64,000 nucleotides of DNA. Origin: Bdellovibrionota bacterium (GTDB lineage Bacteria; Bdellovibrionota; UBA1018; UBA923). The DNA lies in the NCBI GenBank assembly GCA_040754655.1, contig JBFMCE010000002.1, positions 5,777-69,776 on the forward strand, in the 5' to 3' direction. A program made the position numbers and the translations under genes. Under the pieces are notes generated by a model, which was given only the letters and a program-made list of their open reading frames with translations, was not told the origin of the DNA and searched no databases. Each line of letters opens with the position of its first letter. The stretch's first letter is position 1. Shown piece by piece: positions 46,296-55,757 of the stretch.

Positions 46296-47492
46296 ATGTT
46301 TTGGGGTTTAAGAAAATTAAGACTGGAACTTGCTCTTGCGACCGTCGTCGCATGCGGCATTTTGTGCCCACTGGCTTGGTCATCGAAAGTCGATCCCCCC
46401 TTATGCATGACATCCGCACTCCATTCAACCCGCAAATCTTTGCTCAGTGATGCCATCGGCAAGCTAGCCAGGCTTAAGATGAAAGAAGAGCGCACACGCA
46501 TTCGCGCAGAGCTTGAGCGATCGAAGTTCGAGCGAGCGATGCAGCAGCCTGATCGGAAAGATATCGCAAGGCTACTTGAACCCCTGAGTGAAGCGCAAAA
46601 AGCGGAAACAGCCGCGGCAAAAGAGTTTGACGACACGGTGAATGAGATCGCTCACCTTGCCGACGTGCTCTTGAAAGACATGCAAAGCTCGCAAGAAGCA
46701 GGAATGATCACGGTCTTCATCAGAAAAAATCTCGAGGACGGAAACCCCGTTCCCGTGACCGGCCGATACATCGGCCTGAGCGATTCCAAACCTCGGCGTT
46801 GCCGGATGGAAGTGCAAAAGGAAGACGGAACCCCTAAAGCAATTTCTTTTCACCCTTCCCTTCTCTCGCTTGAAGCGGCGCACTTCACCGGCGAGCGATA
46901 TCCAGAGCTTGCATTGCCTGATCCTAGCGGCGCTACCCAGCTGCCTGACGTTGTCGCGGAAAAAGCACGGGCCGCTCGCGAGCAAAAGCAGCGCAATGAG
47001 CCAAGGGCAAAACACTTCATTGTGGATGATGAAGCGGCCGAACCGGATGCTGAGCACACCAAGGTCAATCGCCCCTCTGTGCTGATTGCAGAGCCGCCAA
47101 AGCCCGCCGCTCCGATTCGCAATGAACAAGATTTCAAGAAGGCCTCTAGAAGCGCCGCTACCGTCGCAGAGAGGCCTAATCCGCAGGCCGAAATTCCTAA
47201 ACGCCTCGACACAATGGTCATGCGAGTAAGACAACGACCACCTCGGCCCGCAGCGCTTTCACAAAAATCGGTTGAGGACCTCTTTGCGAAAGCACGAGCT
47301 CAAAACAAGGATGGAAAAGGATTGCATGCTTTTCAACTGAAAACAGGCGAAAAAATTGTGGCAGAGACCTTGGTACGCGAAGGCCATGTCTTGATTCTTT
47401 TAAAGAACGTCGCGAGAAGTCCACAAATTCCTTCGATCCGAAGGATCGATTTCCAGGAAATTGACTTCTCAAAACCTATTTTATTTGAATGA
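46296..47492 (+). CDS. Hypothetical exported protein
   Basis: Signal peptide or anchor MFWGLRKLRLELALATVVACGILCPLAWS. Charged, Pro/Ala-rich middle region. The track start is an upstream GTG at 46278. Confidence 0.45.
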   Translation: MFWGLRKLRLELALATVVACGILCPLAWSSKVDPPLCMTSALHSTRKSLLSDAIGKLARLKMKEERTRIRAELERSKFERAMQQPDRKDIARLLEPLSEAQKAETAAAKEFDDTVNEIAHLADVLLKDMQSSQEAGMITVFIRKNLEDGNPVPVTGRYIGLSDSKPRRCRMEVQKEDGTPKAISFHPSLLSLEAAHFTGERYPELALPDPSGATQLPDVVAEKARAAREQKQRNEPRAKHFIVDDEAAEPDAEHTKVNRPSVLIAEPPKPAAPIRNEQDFKKASRSAATVAERPNPQAEIPKRLDTMVMRVRQRPPRPAALSQKSVEDLFAKARAQNKDGKGLHAFQLKTGEKIVAETLVREGHVLILLKNVARSPQIPSIRRIDFQEIDFSKPILFE

Positions 47493-47498
47493 CCTCTC

Positions 47499-49193
47499 TT
47501 ATTGCGCTGCTTGGGAACAAACGCTCGGATCAAGCTTTTGTCCAATTTCATAAATCCTGAAATTGGCATTTTGAAATGCCAATCCATAACGGCATCGAAA
47601 ATAGGCCTCATCGGCCCGAAATTCGCGCAATTCAGAGGGGCCGATCGCGACATACTTGATTTGGTGCAAGCTTAAGAGTCGTTCGGTATCAGGCGCGCCG
47701 CGGAATATACTTTCAATCTCACGGGCGCGTTGCTGATAATCAAACCCGTAGTTGTTCACCCAACCCGGGTACCCCATCAAGACCGGACGCACTGCCCACA
47801 TCATGATGGGATGGTTGTGAATGGTCGCGGTAAGAAAAACGTCCGTTGGCCGGGTCTTCTCGCGGATCTCTTTCGACAAACGGATATCAGCGTCGTCACT
47901 CAAACGAAATGTATGGCGTTCGACCCGGGCGAGCCTGTACACTTCAAGAACTCCGGTGAGCGTCAGGCACAAAAGAACGATCACTGAACTCGATTTCAAA
48001 CCCCAATGCGGGTGACTGAACCCGCGCGCAAGCATCGAGGCCGCCACGACTGAGAAACCAAAGTAAGACCAGAAGAAGAGTTTTGAGTTGTCCCAATCGG
48101 TGGGTTGAAAAAGAATAATATTCGCGAGCGCAAAGGTAAGGAACAAACCCAGAATCAAGAGCCTCGAATGCCGAGAAGGTTGGTTTTTGAAATAGAAAAC
48201 CAGCCCTACGAGCGCTACCGGCGCCATCAAACCCCAGATCCTCAACCACATCGCCATCCAGTCCAAAAAACCGCCTTTGACGGTCCATCCCCAGAAAATC
48301 TTCATGAAATTTGAATTGGCGATCCCGCCTGAGATGAACTTCAAATAAAGCATGAGCGCCAGCGCGCCAGCGGGTACTGCGCACCACAACCATGCTCTCC
48401 AGAAACGCAAGTTCCCTAGACATGCCAAAACGAGGCCCGGTGCGATTGCGATCAGGCTGTGCACATGAATCACGGGCAATGCACCCAATAAAATCGCGGA
48501 AGACAGGAAACGCCTCTTGGCTGACCGAGGCCGAGCCTTAAGCAAATCAAAGCCCCTTAAAAACAAAAACAGAGCCCAACTTGAGACCGTCATTCCAAGC
48601 AAGCCCGCGCGTTGAGGCACGAGGATAGCGACCAAGACATTGCCAGCCAACCACGAATAACCCTCGATGCGCGTGTAATCTTTCGGGGGATAGGCGATCA
48701 AATCCCAACTGAAACTCTGTGATGCATGCCTGACAAAATCAAAAAAACCCAGCCCAGACGAGAGAAGAAAGATCGAAATCGCAAGAAAGGCCTGCCAGCC
48801 CGAATTCAAAAGCCTTCGGCACAAGAAATAGAATCCGCACAAACATCCGATCGCGTAAAGGATCGAACTCAACTTCATCGCGCTGGGCAAATCAAGGCCC
48901 AACCGCATCAACAGCCCCGGAATCAGGTTCGTGACGAAGGGATAGGTGAATTTCCCCCCTGCATACATCGGATGGTAGGCGAACCACTGACTGGGCTCTT
49001 TGAGAGCAAAGATATTCGCCATGCCAATGTGAAGCGCCCAATCTGACCAGACGTTTTCATGGCCCACGTACAACCCATCGTCCTTAAACCCAATGATCCG
49101 TGCAAAAAGCAAAACAAGATACGCTCCCCAACTGCAGAGTAAGAGGAAAAGCGGCGCATGTTCTTGCTTGAGGATTCGTTTTAAGCTGAACAT
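47499..49193 (-). CDS. GT-C fold polytopic membrane glycosyltransferase-like protein (ArnT/PMT-like)
   Basis: 564 aa with more than 12 TM segments and a periplasmic C-terminal region. Divergent from the PMT-like gene. Confidence 0.45.
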   Translation of the reverse strand: MFSLKRILKQEHAPLFLLLCSWGAYLVLLFARIIGFKDDGLYVGHENVWSDWALHIGMANIFALKEPSQWFAYHPMYAGGKFTYPFVTNLIPGLLMRLGLDLPSAMKLSSILYAIGCLCGFYFLCRRLLNSGWQAFLAISIFLLSSGLGFFDFVRHASQSFSWDLIAYPPKDYTRIEGYSWLAGNVLVAILVPQRAGLLGMTVSSWALFLFLRGFDLLKARPRSAKRRFLSSAILLGALPVIHVHSLIAIAPGLVLACLGNLRFWRAWLWCAVPAGALALMLYLKFISGGIANSNFMKIFWGWTVKGGFLDWMAMWLRIWGLMAPVALVGLVFYFKNQPSRHSRLLILGLFLTFALANIILFQPTDWDNSKLFFWSYFGFSVVAASMLARGFSHPHWGLKSSSVIVLLCLTLTGVLEVYRLARVERHTFRLSDDADIRLSKEIREKTRPTDVFLTATIHNHPIMMWAVRPVLMGYPGWVNNYGFDYQQRAREIESIFRGAPDTERLLSLHQIKYVAIGPSELREFRADEAYFRCRYGLAFQNANFRIYEIGQKLDPSVCSQAAQ

Positions 49194-49236
49194 AATAGGT
49201 TACGTGTTCAAGTCTAACATAAGCTCTAAAGATTGG

Positions 49237-50481
49237 ATGTGGTTCTATCTTATCCTCACTCTCGCGCTAGGGTTGAAACTCTTTCGACTGGGCGAGCCTA
49301 AAGCCTATGTCTTCGATGAGGTTTATCACGGATTCACTGCGCAAGAGCTCGTGAAAGGCAACGTGTCGACCTATGACCCTTGGGCTAAACCTCCGGAAGG
49401 GATGGCCTATGAATGGACGCATCCTCCTCTCGGCAAAATCTTGATGTCTGCTGCGATAAAGCTTACCGGTGATGGTTTTTTTGGGATGCGACTCAGCTCG
49501 GCGATCTTCGGGACCCTCGTCATCGCGCTCACTTTTTTGATCGGGATAGAACTCCTGGGCTCAACCAGAGCGGCCCTCATCTCAATTTTTCTCTTGAGCA
49601 TCGAAGGACTTGCCTTCGTGCAATCAAGGGTCGCGATGATTGACTCGCATTTTCTCGCGTTTGGCTTGCTTGGTTTGCTCTTCTACATCAAATGGAGAAA
49701 AGACAGGGAGAGGAAACTCTTCTTATCTTTGGCAGCGCTAGCCTTAGGCCTAGCGCTAGCCACCAAATGGAGCGCCATTTACCTCTTCGGCCTGCTCGGA
49801 GCCGACATTGTCTTGTTATGGTTCAATGCGCCGAGACGCCCCAAAGTTCGCACCGTTCTAAGCTGGTGGCTGGTTTTGTTCGGCATCCCGCCAATCATTT
49901 ACCTGATTTCCTATTCACAATTTTTTTCATTTGGGTACAACTGGGCTCAGTTCGTTGAACTGCAACGGCAAATGTGGTGGTACCACACGAACCTCGACAA
50001 GACCCACAGTTACCAATCGGTGCCATGGCAATGGGTTTTGAACCTCAGACCCGTTTGGATGTACGTCAATCGCCCCAGCGAAAGCCAGACCGCCAATATT
50101 TATAACCTCGGGAATCCCGTCATTTTTTATTTTGGTCTCTATGCCATTTATCGATTGGCCAAGGATTTCAGGGCAACATGGAAATGGGAATACGGATTCA
50201 TGCTGGGTGCGTATTTCATCTTATGGTTGCCTTGGGTGTTCTCGCCTCGAATCATGTTTTTGTACCACTATTTGCCTGCGGTGCCTTGGTTGTGTTTGGC
50301 GTCGGGCTGGGTACTTGAAAAATGGAGCCTTGATGCCGAGCTTTCTCGAAGGAAAAAATTTCGCGTGACGATCGGGCTGGCGGCGCTATGGTTCGCAGTT
50401 TTTTATCCGCATTTGACCGCCCTACCTGTTCCGGTAAAGTTCGCGGATTCGGTCTATTTTTTTCTTTCAAGCTGGAGATAG
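49237..50481 (+). CDS. Dolichyl-phosphate-mannose protein mannosyltransferase-like (GT39/PMT_2) membrane glycosyltransferase
   Basis: N-loop motif YVFDEVYHGFTAQE...HPPLGKILMSA (PMT DE motif) and multiple TMs. Start at MWFYLIL avoids a 100-nt overlap with the divergent gene. Confidence 0.6.
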   Translation: MWFYLILTLALGLKLFRLGEPKAYVFDEVYHGFTAQELVKGNVSTYDPWAKPPEGMAYEWTHPPLGKILMSAAIKLTGDGFFGMRLSSAIFGTLVIALTFLIGIELLGSTRAALISIFLLSIEGLAFVQSRVAMIDSHFLAFGLLGLLFYIKWRKDRERKLFLSLAALALGLALATKWSAIYLFGLLGADIVLLWFNAPRRPKVRTVLSWWLVLFGIPPIIYLISYSQFFSFGYNWAQFVELQRQMWWYHTNLDKTHSYQSVPWQWVLNLRPVWMYVNRPSESQTANIYNLGNPVIFYFGLYAIYRLAKDFRATWKWEYGFMLGAYFILWLPWVFSPRIMFLYHYLPAVPWLCLASGWVLEKWSLDAELSRRKKFRVTIGLAALWFAVFYPHLTALPVPVKFADSVYFFLSSWR

Positions 50482-50880
50482 CTGCTGTTGTCCGAAGCCC
50501 TGTTGTTTTGAGCGTATTTGGTATTTACGAACCACTTCCAGCAAGGGATCCAGTCCGATGGGTTTCTTTATGAAATCATCGGCTCCAGCGTTACGAGTGG
50601 CTTCGATATTGTTCCGGGTGGCAGAAAAGACAACGACCGGAACGCCCGCAAGAATCGAATGGTCTTTTCGCGCTGCCAAGAACTCCCAACCGTCCATGAT
50701 GGGCATGGTGAGATCGAGTAAAATCATGAACGGGTATGGACCCTCGATCGCGAGCTCAAGGCCTTCTTTTCCGTTAGCCGCAGCTAATACAGAATATCCT
50801 TCAAGCTCAAGAATTTCTTGTAAAGAAGACCTAATGTCTTGTTCATCTTCTATGATCAGAATTCTGTCATTATCCGCCAT
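50467..50880 (-). CDS. Single-domain response regulator
   Basis: Receiver motifs ILIIEDEQD, ILLDLTMPIMDG and FIKKP. SD GGAGGT 8 nt upstream of the ATG at 50880. Confidence 0.75.
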   Translation of the reverse strand: MADNDRILIIEDEQDIRSSLQEILELEGYSVLAAANGKEGLELAIEGPYPFMILLDLTMPIMDGWEFLAARKDHSILAGVPVVVFSATRNNIEATRNAGADDFIKKPIGLDPLLEVVRKYQIRSKQQGFGQQQLSPA

Positions 50881-51030
50881 GCTTATGACCTCCGGTTTGG
50901 GCCCAAGATTCATAGAGACTTAGCTGAATTCTTTTCCGATTTCTAGACACATCGCGAAATATGATGAGACCGCTTATACTCAATCACTGCGGGCTCGCGA
51001 AATAAGGGCTCTGGCGTATAATCATTAGAA

Positions 51031-51369
51031 ATGAAACTTTTATCCACATTCATGGCCTCCGGACTGTTTTTGTCACAATTGTTGTTTGCTCAAACCCCTG
51101 CCGAACTTGCTGAAACGGTAAAACAGCTAAAGAAAGACGTGGCCGAGCTTCGGCAAGAAGTACAAGCCTTGAAAGCCCAACGAATGAGTCCCGCCGCCGG
51201 CTTGAAGACTGAAGATTTGAACCATCGAACGTTTGACGGCGCGCAAAACCGACAAGGCTTCGGTCAAGGTCAGATGAGTTCGGAACAGCGAGAAGAGATG
51301 ATGAAGAAAATGGAATCGCTCAAAAAGCTCTTGGACGAACGCGACGAAGCGCTGAAATCGATCGAGTAA
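51031..51369 (+). CDS. Small secreted coiled-coil protein
   Basis: Signal peptide MKLLSTFMASGLFLSQLLFAQT, then an amphipathic helix. Confidence 0.5.
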   Translation: MKLLSTFMASGLFLSQLLFAQTPAELAETVKQLKKDVAELRQEVQALKAQRMSPAAGLKTEDLNHRTFDGAQNRQGFGQGQMSSEQREEMMKKMESLKKLLDERDEALKSIE

Positions 51370-51373
51370 TTTC

Positions 51374-52060
51374 GTGTTGAACCTCATTTTCTCATTGGTT
51401 TTCATTTTATCGGCGATCCATGGCGACTCGAATGCAAAGCCCAAAAGCATCGCCGAATCATTTCCCCCGGGTTCGGGTTCGAAATTCCTGCTTTCGATGG
51501 CAGATGGAACCTCGGCCAACCTTATCATTTCAATCGCCTCGTCTTCGTCATCACGCGTCGCCGTTGAATATTATTTCTCGTCAACCGATGCCCCGATAGA
51601 ACTCTGGCAGCAATTCATCATCGAGGGGGCTGGGACGGCGCGCCTCCGAGTGGCCGAAGGGTATATTTACGCCAAAGAACTGAAGCACCCTGAACGCATT
51701 CCCAAAGATCACCTGACGGGAATCGACGAGACTGAGATCAATGAATTCTTATTCAGCACATCGATTCAATCGGCTGAGTTTAGAGTCGGCGAAGACGTCG
51801 TGCAAGTGCCCGCGGGGCAAGTCAGCGCGAAGAGATTCAAGAAACAGAGAGAGGGAGCGACCCTCGAGTATTGGATCAGTGAGCAGGCAAGCCCGCTTGG
51901 CCTGGTGAAGCTCGTTTCAAAAGGGCCGAAGCCGGAACAGAATTATACGATTGTGCTTGGCTCGCTGGTAAAAAACGTAAAACCCAAGATCGATCCCTCT
52001 GCGGCCGAACCCCTCTCTGCAACTGGAAGAGGATTCCTTGCTCCTTTGAAAAAGCGTTAA
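51374..52060 (+). CDS. Secreted hypothetical protein (228 aa)
   Basis: Signal peptide. Follows the preceding gene after a 4-nt gap. Confidence 0.45.
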   Translation: MLNLIFSLVFILSAIHGDSNAKPKSIAESFPPGSGSKFLLSMADGTSANLIISIASSSSSRVAVEYYFSSTDAPIELWQQFIIEGAGTARLRVAEGYIYAKELKHPERIPKDHLTGIDETEINEFLFSTSIQSAEFRVGEDVVQVPAGQVSAKRFKKQREGATLEYWISEQASPLGLVKLVSKGPKPEQNYTIVLGSLVKNVKPKIDPSAAEPLSATGRGFLAPLKKR

Positions 52061-52129
52061 TTCTTCGTGAAGACATCGTGAAGCCGCCGGGCATGTCAAT
52101 TGCTTGGTTCAAACGAGAAGGGGGTATAT

Positions 52130-52312
52130 ATGCTTCGAGCGGCTATATTCTTTTTTATACTAGGATTGGTTGCGATGTTTCTCGGCATCAACAACATCGC
52201 AGGAGTTTCAATTGAACTCGGAAAGCTTCTCCTATTCGTATTCTTGGGACTCGCGGTGGTATCCATTGTCGTCTCTTTGGTCACAGGAAGAAGAAGCGGT
52301 CCACCGGTTTAA
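52130..52312 (+). CDS. DUF1328 (UPF0391/YtjA-like) small membrane protein
   Basis: MLRAAIFFFILGLVAMFLGINNIAGVSIELGKLLLFVFLGLAVVSIV matches the DUF1328 pattern. SD GAGAAGGGGG upstream. Confidence 0.65.
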   Translation: MLRAAIFFFILGLVAMFLGINNIAGVSIELGKLLLFVFLGLAVVSIVVSLVTGRRSGPPV

Positions 52313-52446
52313 GATGGACGCGCCTCAAAAATCCCCACCGATCGCCCTCGCGTCCGGGGTTTTTGAGGCGCGAAATCCAGTCCTTCACATTTTTACAACG
52401 CCCTAAACTCGTTGACAAAAATGGATGCGGTTCTAAACCCTAATTC

Positions 52447-54318
52447 ATGCACGATGATTTCGATCAGCTCTTACCGCTCTTGGAAACCGAATGGTTGGTT
52501 GCCGATCGCCAAGGCTTGTTTGCGATGGGCACGGCGTCAGGAACCCGTACCCGCAAGTACCATTCTTTTCTTTCAAGCATCGCCGGACGGTTGGAAACCA
52601 ACTTCCTGGCCCACCTTGATTTGATTTGCAATGATCAGGGGCTTTGGACCCACGCCTATTCGTCTGAAAATCATTTTGTTCACCACCCGGAAGGTTACAA
52701 GCATCTTACAGGATTCAAAGCCGAGCCCTTCCCCGAATGGAGTTGGTCGCTTGAGGATGGCAAACTCTCAGCACTGCTGACTCCCCAAGACTCGGGCGGC
52801 TTTGAGCTGGCTCTGCTTTGGCGAGGCAAAAGGCCAGCGAATATCCTCGTTCGTCCGCTCTGGGCCATGCGCGCTCTGCACGAGCTTGGGAGCAAGCACG
52901 CCGAGCTTTATAAACGCCCTTCGGGTTATGAGTTTAGAACTCCAGAGACTGGCGCTTCTGTTTGGATCCACTGCTCTGATTCGCGGCTTGAATGGATCGA
53001 AAATGAAACGTGGTACCGCGGCTTCTTTTATCAGGAAGAGAAAGAACGCGGTTATGACGCGACAGAAGATCTTTTTTGCAAAGGCCACTTCGCCCTGAAC
53101 TTGCCTGACGAAAAACAAGTTTCCTTTCGTTTCGACCTCAAACCCGATGCAGCTCCGTTGAAATCACCAAGCCCAAGGACGAAAGAGAAAGACGCCCTGC
53201 AAAGTTACGTCTTGAACAATCCTCCAGGCCTCGTCGCTGGTTTCCCATGGTTCGGTGAATGGGGCAGAGATACTTTCATCGCGTTGCCGGGCATTGCTGC
53301 CGGGCTCATGGAAAAAACCTCAAGCTCGAAAGAAGCGCGCGGCGTGGCCGAGTGGACCTTTGGGGTTCTTGAGAGATGGGGCAACTGGATCTTGACCCAC
53401 CACATGCTCCCAAATCTGATTTCCAAAAATGGGCCTCAATGGAACTCAGCCGACGCCACCCTTTGGTGGATCCACTCGCTCTCGTCTCTCTGGGTTTTTG
53501 GAAGGACGGACAATAAATTCAAACTATTCAATCAGATCAAAGACAGGTTCGTCGGGCTTCTTTCGTCTGCGATTGAGGCGATCGCAAATGGCAGGCATCG
53601 GCATTTGAAAGTGAATCCCGCAGGCCTCGTCGAAGTGTTGACGCCCCACTCTACTTGGATGGACGCGCAAGTCGATGAGTGCGCGGTCACGCCGAGAACG
53701 GGGTTGCTGCCTGAAATCAACGCACTCTGGGTGCAAGCCGCGGCGCTCGAAGCAATTTGGCTTGGACGGCCGCTGGCGAGATGGATCCCGAAGGCCGCCT
53801 TGGAGATGCCTCAAGAAAGCAACCGACCCAATATCGTCTTCCTGCACAGCATACCGTTTGCACCTTCCTTGTTGATCCACGATAGGAAAAGTATGGAACG
53901 CGATGCTTCACTTCTGCGAAACGCATTCTGGACTCCGGTGGGCCTGCGAACATTGGCCCCGGGCTCGCCGGATTATATCGCCATTTATGAAGGACCTCAT
54001 TCAAAACGCGATCGATGTTACCATCAAGGCCCCGCATGGGGTTGGTTGAAGGGGCACTTCGACATGGCGGACGAGCGATTTGATCGTTTTGAAATAGTTG
54101 AAAGCCAATCTCGAAGAAACACCTCTAAAAACGATTCGCAGCGGCGGCTTTCTACGATTGAAGGACATGTAGCGGAGCTCTATGACGCCGAGCCTCCATG
54201 GCGCCCGCGTGGCGCTCCGGCTCAGGCGTGGAGCCTTGCATGCGCCGAAGAAGCCAGGCTGCGTGTTCAATACAAATTTGACCAACACCTGTCGCAACTT
54301 CTTCAGGAGATCCCATGA
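52447..54318 (+). CDS. Glycogen-debranching-enzyme-like amylo-alpha-1,6-glucosidase (GDE_N + GDE_C, GH133)
   Basis: N-domain GTASGTRTRKYHSFL. C-domain GFPWFGEWGRDTFIALPG (conserved GDE_C motif). Confidence 0.75.
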   Translation: MHDDFDQLLPLLETEWLVADRQGLFAMGTASGTRTRKYHSFLSSIAGRLETNFLAHLDLICNDQGLWTHAYSSENHFVHHPEGYKHLTGFKAEPFPEWSWSLEDGKLSALLTPQDSGGFELALLWRGKRPANILVRPLWAMRALHELGSKHAELYKRPSGYEFRTPETGASVWIHCSDSRLEWIENETWYRGFFYQEEKERGYDATEDLFCKGHFALNLPDEKQVSFRFDLKPDAAPLKSPSPRTKEKDALQSYVLNNPPGLVAGFPWFGEWGRDTFIALPGIAAGLMEKTSSSKEARGVAEWTFGVLERWGNWILTHHMLPNLISKNGPQWNSADATLWWIHSLSSLWVFGRTDNKFKLFNQIKDRFVGLLSSAIEAIANGRHRHLKVNPAGLVEVLTPHSTWMDAQVDECAVTPRTGLLPEINALWVQAAALEAIWLGRPLARWIPKAALEMPQESNRPNIVFLHSIPFAPSLLIHDRKSMERDASLLRNAFWTPVGLRTLAPGSPDYIAIYEGPHSKRDRCYHQGPAWGWLKGHFDMADERFDRFEIVESQSRRNTSKNDSQRRLSTIEGHVAELYDAEPPWRPRGAPAQAWSLACAEEARLRVQYKFDQHLSQLLQEIP

Positions 54319-55757
54319 GCGCAAGCGTAAGCGTGTCTTTCAAGAAACCCGTGCAAGTCTTAATGCTAGGATGGGAATACCCTCCGCGATTCGCCGGCGG
54401 GCTTGGCAAAGCGTGCTCGGGCCTTTCACAAGCGATGGCATCGCTCGGTTGCCAGATCACCTTCGTGCTGCCCACTTTCCCGAAACGCATCGTTGAATCG
54501 CACCTTCGCGTCGTGGGGGCGCGAGAGCTCTTAGTGGAATCAGGCTGGCCCAAGGAATTGCAGATCCACTCGCATGTGCAACGCGAGGCCGTGCAAAGCC
54601 CGGGCAACATCGTTCGGATCGAGACTGAAGCGAAACTTTTTCCTTACGGAAAACATCCTACCGGGGAACTCCCCCCGAGCGTGTTGCGAATGCTGGGAGA
54701 AACATTTGAGCGCGTCACGAAAAAACTTGGCGTAGAACGCCAGACGTTTCAAAAAGAGTGGGCCTCAACTGAGCCGGAACCTTACGTTCCCCCGCTCCCC
54801 AATCCAAGGAAAGAAGAGAAAGAAGAGATTTACGGCAGCAATATGTGGGAGGAAATCGAGCGCTATTGCTTCGCGGTCAGGCAGCTTGGCAAATCGCATG
54901 AGGTTGACGTTGTGCACGCCCACGACTGGATGAGCTTTCCGGCCGCGCTCGAATACAAACGCATGAATCCGCGCGCGCCTGTCTTCATGCATGTTCACGC
55001 GACCGAATACGACAGGTCAGGTGAAAACGTGAATACCGACGTCTTTCGCGTAGAACGAGAAGGCTTTAGAGCCGCGACCCACATCTTCGCCGTCAGCAGG
55101 TACACCGCCGGGATCATAGAAAAGCTCTACGGAATCCCGCGAGAGAAGATAACCGTGGTCTACAACGCCCCCGATGAAGGCGCGAAACAGATGATCAGTA
55201 GTCCTAAAGCGCAGCGCAGCCCGCATGTCGTGTTCTTAGGAAGGCTCACCTTTCAGAAAGGCCCCGACCATTTCCTGGAAGCCGCGAAAATGGTGATCGA
55301 TGCGGCTCCGAAGCGCCTGGGCAAAGTGCAATTCATTTTCTGCGGAACAGGCGACATGCTCGATAAATTACGCTCGCAAGCCTTCCGCCTGGGAATCGAG
55401 GACCGGGTGCATTTCGCCGGATTCGTCGAGCCGCGCCACGTCGACCAGATCTTGATGAAATCACGGGTCCTTGTGATGCCAAGCGTTTCAGAACCCTTTG
55501 GCCTCGTAGCGCTTGAGGCCATCCACTGCGGCATTCCCGTGATCTTGTCGAAGCAGTCGGGCGTAAGAGAGGTGTTGCACCGCGCGCTCCAGGTTGATTT
55601 TTGGGATCATGAAAAACTCGCCGATCAGATCCTTGCAGCCCTGCGGCTCAAAGAACTTTCCCGGCAACTCGTAGACGAGGGCATGGAGCAAATACGCGCG
55701 CTAAGCTGGGAGAAATCAGCTCACACTGTCATCAACTCATACCGGAGATACCTATGA
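54315..55757 (+). CDS. GT4-family glycosyltransferase (archaeal-type glycogen synthase-like)
   Basis: ATGA overlap with the upstream gene. GT-B fold with EPFGLVALEA (E-x7-E region). Confidence 0.65.
   Translation: MSASVSVSFKKPVQVLMLGWEYPPRFAGGLGKACSGLSQAMASLGCQITFVLPTFPKRIVESHLRVVGARELLVESGWPKELQIHSHVQREAVQSPGNIVRIETEAKLFPYGKHPTGELPPSVLRMLGETFERVTKKLGVERQTFQKEWASTEPEPYVPPLPNPRKEEKEEIYGSNMWEEIERYCFAVRQLGKSHEVDVVHAHDWMSFPAALEYKRMNPRAPVFMHVHATEYDRSGENVNTDVFRVEREGFRAATHIFAVSRYTAGIIEKLYGIPREKITVVYNAPDEGAKQMISSPKAQRSPHVVFLGRLTFQKGPDHFLEAAKMVIDAAPKRLGKVQFIFCGTGDMLDKLRSQAFRLGIEDRVHFAGFVEPRHVDQILMKSRVLVMPSVSEPFGLVALEAIHCGIPVILSKQSGVREVLHRALQVDFWDHEKLADQILAALRLKELSRQLVDEGMEQIRALSWEKSAHTVINSYRRYL

Noticed and set aside
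46572-47234. 220-aa and 123-aa minus-strand ORFs
   Set aside because: Antisense to the 46296-47492 gene, Cys/Arg-rich, low complexity, and with no start context.
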